Assembly (NCBI RefSeq): GCF_006345805.1
Contig: NC_043008.1
Coordinates: 75,454,001-75,518,000 of the forward strand
DNA length: 64,000 bases
From: Octopus sinensis
Lineage: Eukaryota
Direction of reading: 5' to 3'
Positions 62,601-64,000 of this stretch are shown here, piece after piece (position 1 is the stretch's first letter; each line of letters begins with the position of its first letter). The notes beneath the pieces are model-generated. The model ran no database searches. It had not been told where the DNA came from and worked only from the letters and a program-made list of their open reading frames with translations. Both the position numbers and the translations under genes were made by a program.

Positions 62601-64000
62601 TGGCACGCCTACGACTCTATATATCATTCTTAATTTAGTCGCTAACTTTAAAGCATATCGTCCAGCTAAGTCCACAGATACTATCACATTCTATTGCACG
62701 TAGCATTCAGCTTTCTATTCATTCATAGGATTAGAAAATATAATAGCACTTACGAAAGTGTTATACAGAAACTGGTCTGGCGATGAGGAGATCTAGCGAT
62801 AGTTGAAGGGGTGGGGGATATGAATTTAAGTAGTCCCAAGTATATTTTGATTTTTATTGCTACTTTTAACAATTCGTGTCATCATCTACAGTGAATAAGA
62901 CGGCAAAATGACATAATCAGTGGAACCTTTAAACATTTAACAAAGAATTCATCCCGTCTATGTGTGTTACTATTTTAAAGCCGTTTGCGACCTTATCACA
63001 GATGCAGTTAGAAGTAAAGCATCGATGCAAGCTTTTGAAACTAACATTTCCTATATATATCCTCCTGCAAACATTTTAACAAATCGAATCTGAAAAACTT
63101 ATAACTCTGATCAGGAACGCAGACAATTCATTCGTTTGCTTGCTGAAATACTTTTCATCTCAACTTCATAAAACCATTTCAGTGCCTTGTGTTAGTATGT
63201 AGTTAATCACCAACAACGACTAGATGGCCTAACGCAGATGCACCTTCAGATATCAAATATTTGGCAAAAAAGCCCTCAAACTAATTTGTAAATAAAACAA
63301 CAGAACTTAATATGTCATAATAAAACATTACCCGAGATGAGGATGACACTACACGGAAATAGCGCCAGGCTTATGACTCAACGAAATAACACAACAGAAT
63401 AGAATAAGGACAACCTAGAAAGAACAGAGTAAAAATATCTTTATCCTATTGTTCATAAAGGCAGTGTTTTAACAAAGATTGTGATGATTATAATAAACCA
63501 AAGAGCAATAAGATGTATTAATAAGAATGAAAAGGAGCAGATTCTTCGTGCTAAGAGGTAACAAATATCTCCTGAAAATATAAGCGAAATGCAAAGGCTT
63601 TCACACAGAAGTGTTTATTATAAAGAACCCCTAAATTGGGAGCGCAATACCAATTTTTTTTACGAAATCAAGATAAAATGCAATGTAAAAGTAATTAATA
63701 ATATCTTACAAGATGAGCTGGAAAAGAACTGAGATAAGATGTGTAGATTAAAATCTCTAATATTGGAAGTTTTGATAAATATCTCCAAAAGAGAGGTATA
63801 AATGTGAAGAGGAACTATTGGGAAATCGAATAATTATTGAAGATAACAAAAAGGGAAACTAATCTTCTCTCATATGTATAAATTAATTATCAAATATACG
63901 TTGATAACATACAAAGCTCTTCCTTATTAGAAACGCAGGAGATTCATCCATTATTAAGATAATATATCAACATTAATATGTACATATGGAAGAACAAACC

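Noticed and set aside
63200-64000. Coding-like purine-rich stretch (also 40.2-41.5 and 61.0-61.3 kb)
   Set aside because: No recognisable motifs and many stops; left unannotated.

Overview
AT-rich, microsatellite-dense animal genomic DNA. The SINE and repeat families resemble those of octopus/cephalopods; this is inference from recall, not a database match. No host gene could be confidently identified, and almost all recognisable coding sequence is transposon-derived. The dominant structure spans about 3.1-25.4 kb. Two R4/Dong-type LINEs (RT plus restriction-like endonuclease, + strand) end in (AAT)n tails. They are followed by a head-to-tail array of three full-length Tx1/L1-clade retrotransposons (ORF1 zinc knuckle; ORF2 APE-RT-CCHC) on the - strand, each bounded by (AAT)n, which points to a microsatellite-targeting Tx1 family. 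Copies B and C share a near-identical ORF2 but differ in the 5'UTR, parts of ORF1 and part of the 3'UTR. The rest of the window holds Penelope-like elements, a young 0.6-kb non-coding element with a type I hammerhead ribozyme and 132-bp terminal redundancy, and several decayed hammerheads. It also holds a third Dong-like LINE, a Gypsy protease relic, a DD41D (rosa) mariner relic with a related MITE, and many tRNA-derived SINEs. Coordinates were read by eye and boundaries may be off by a few to tens of bases.
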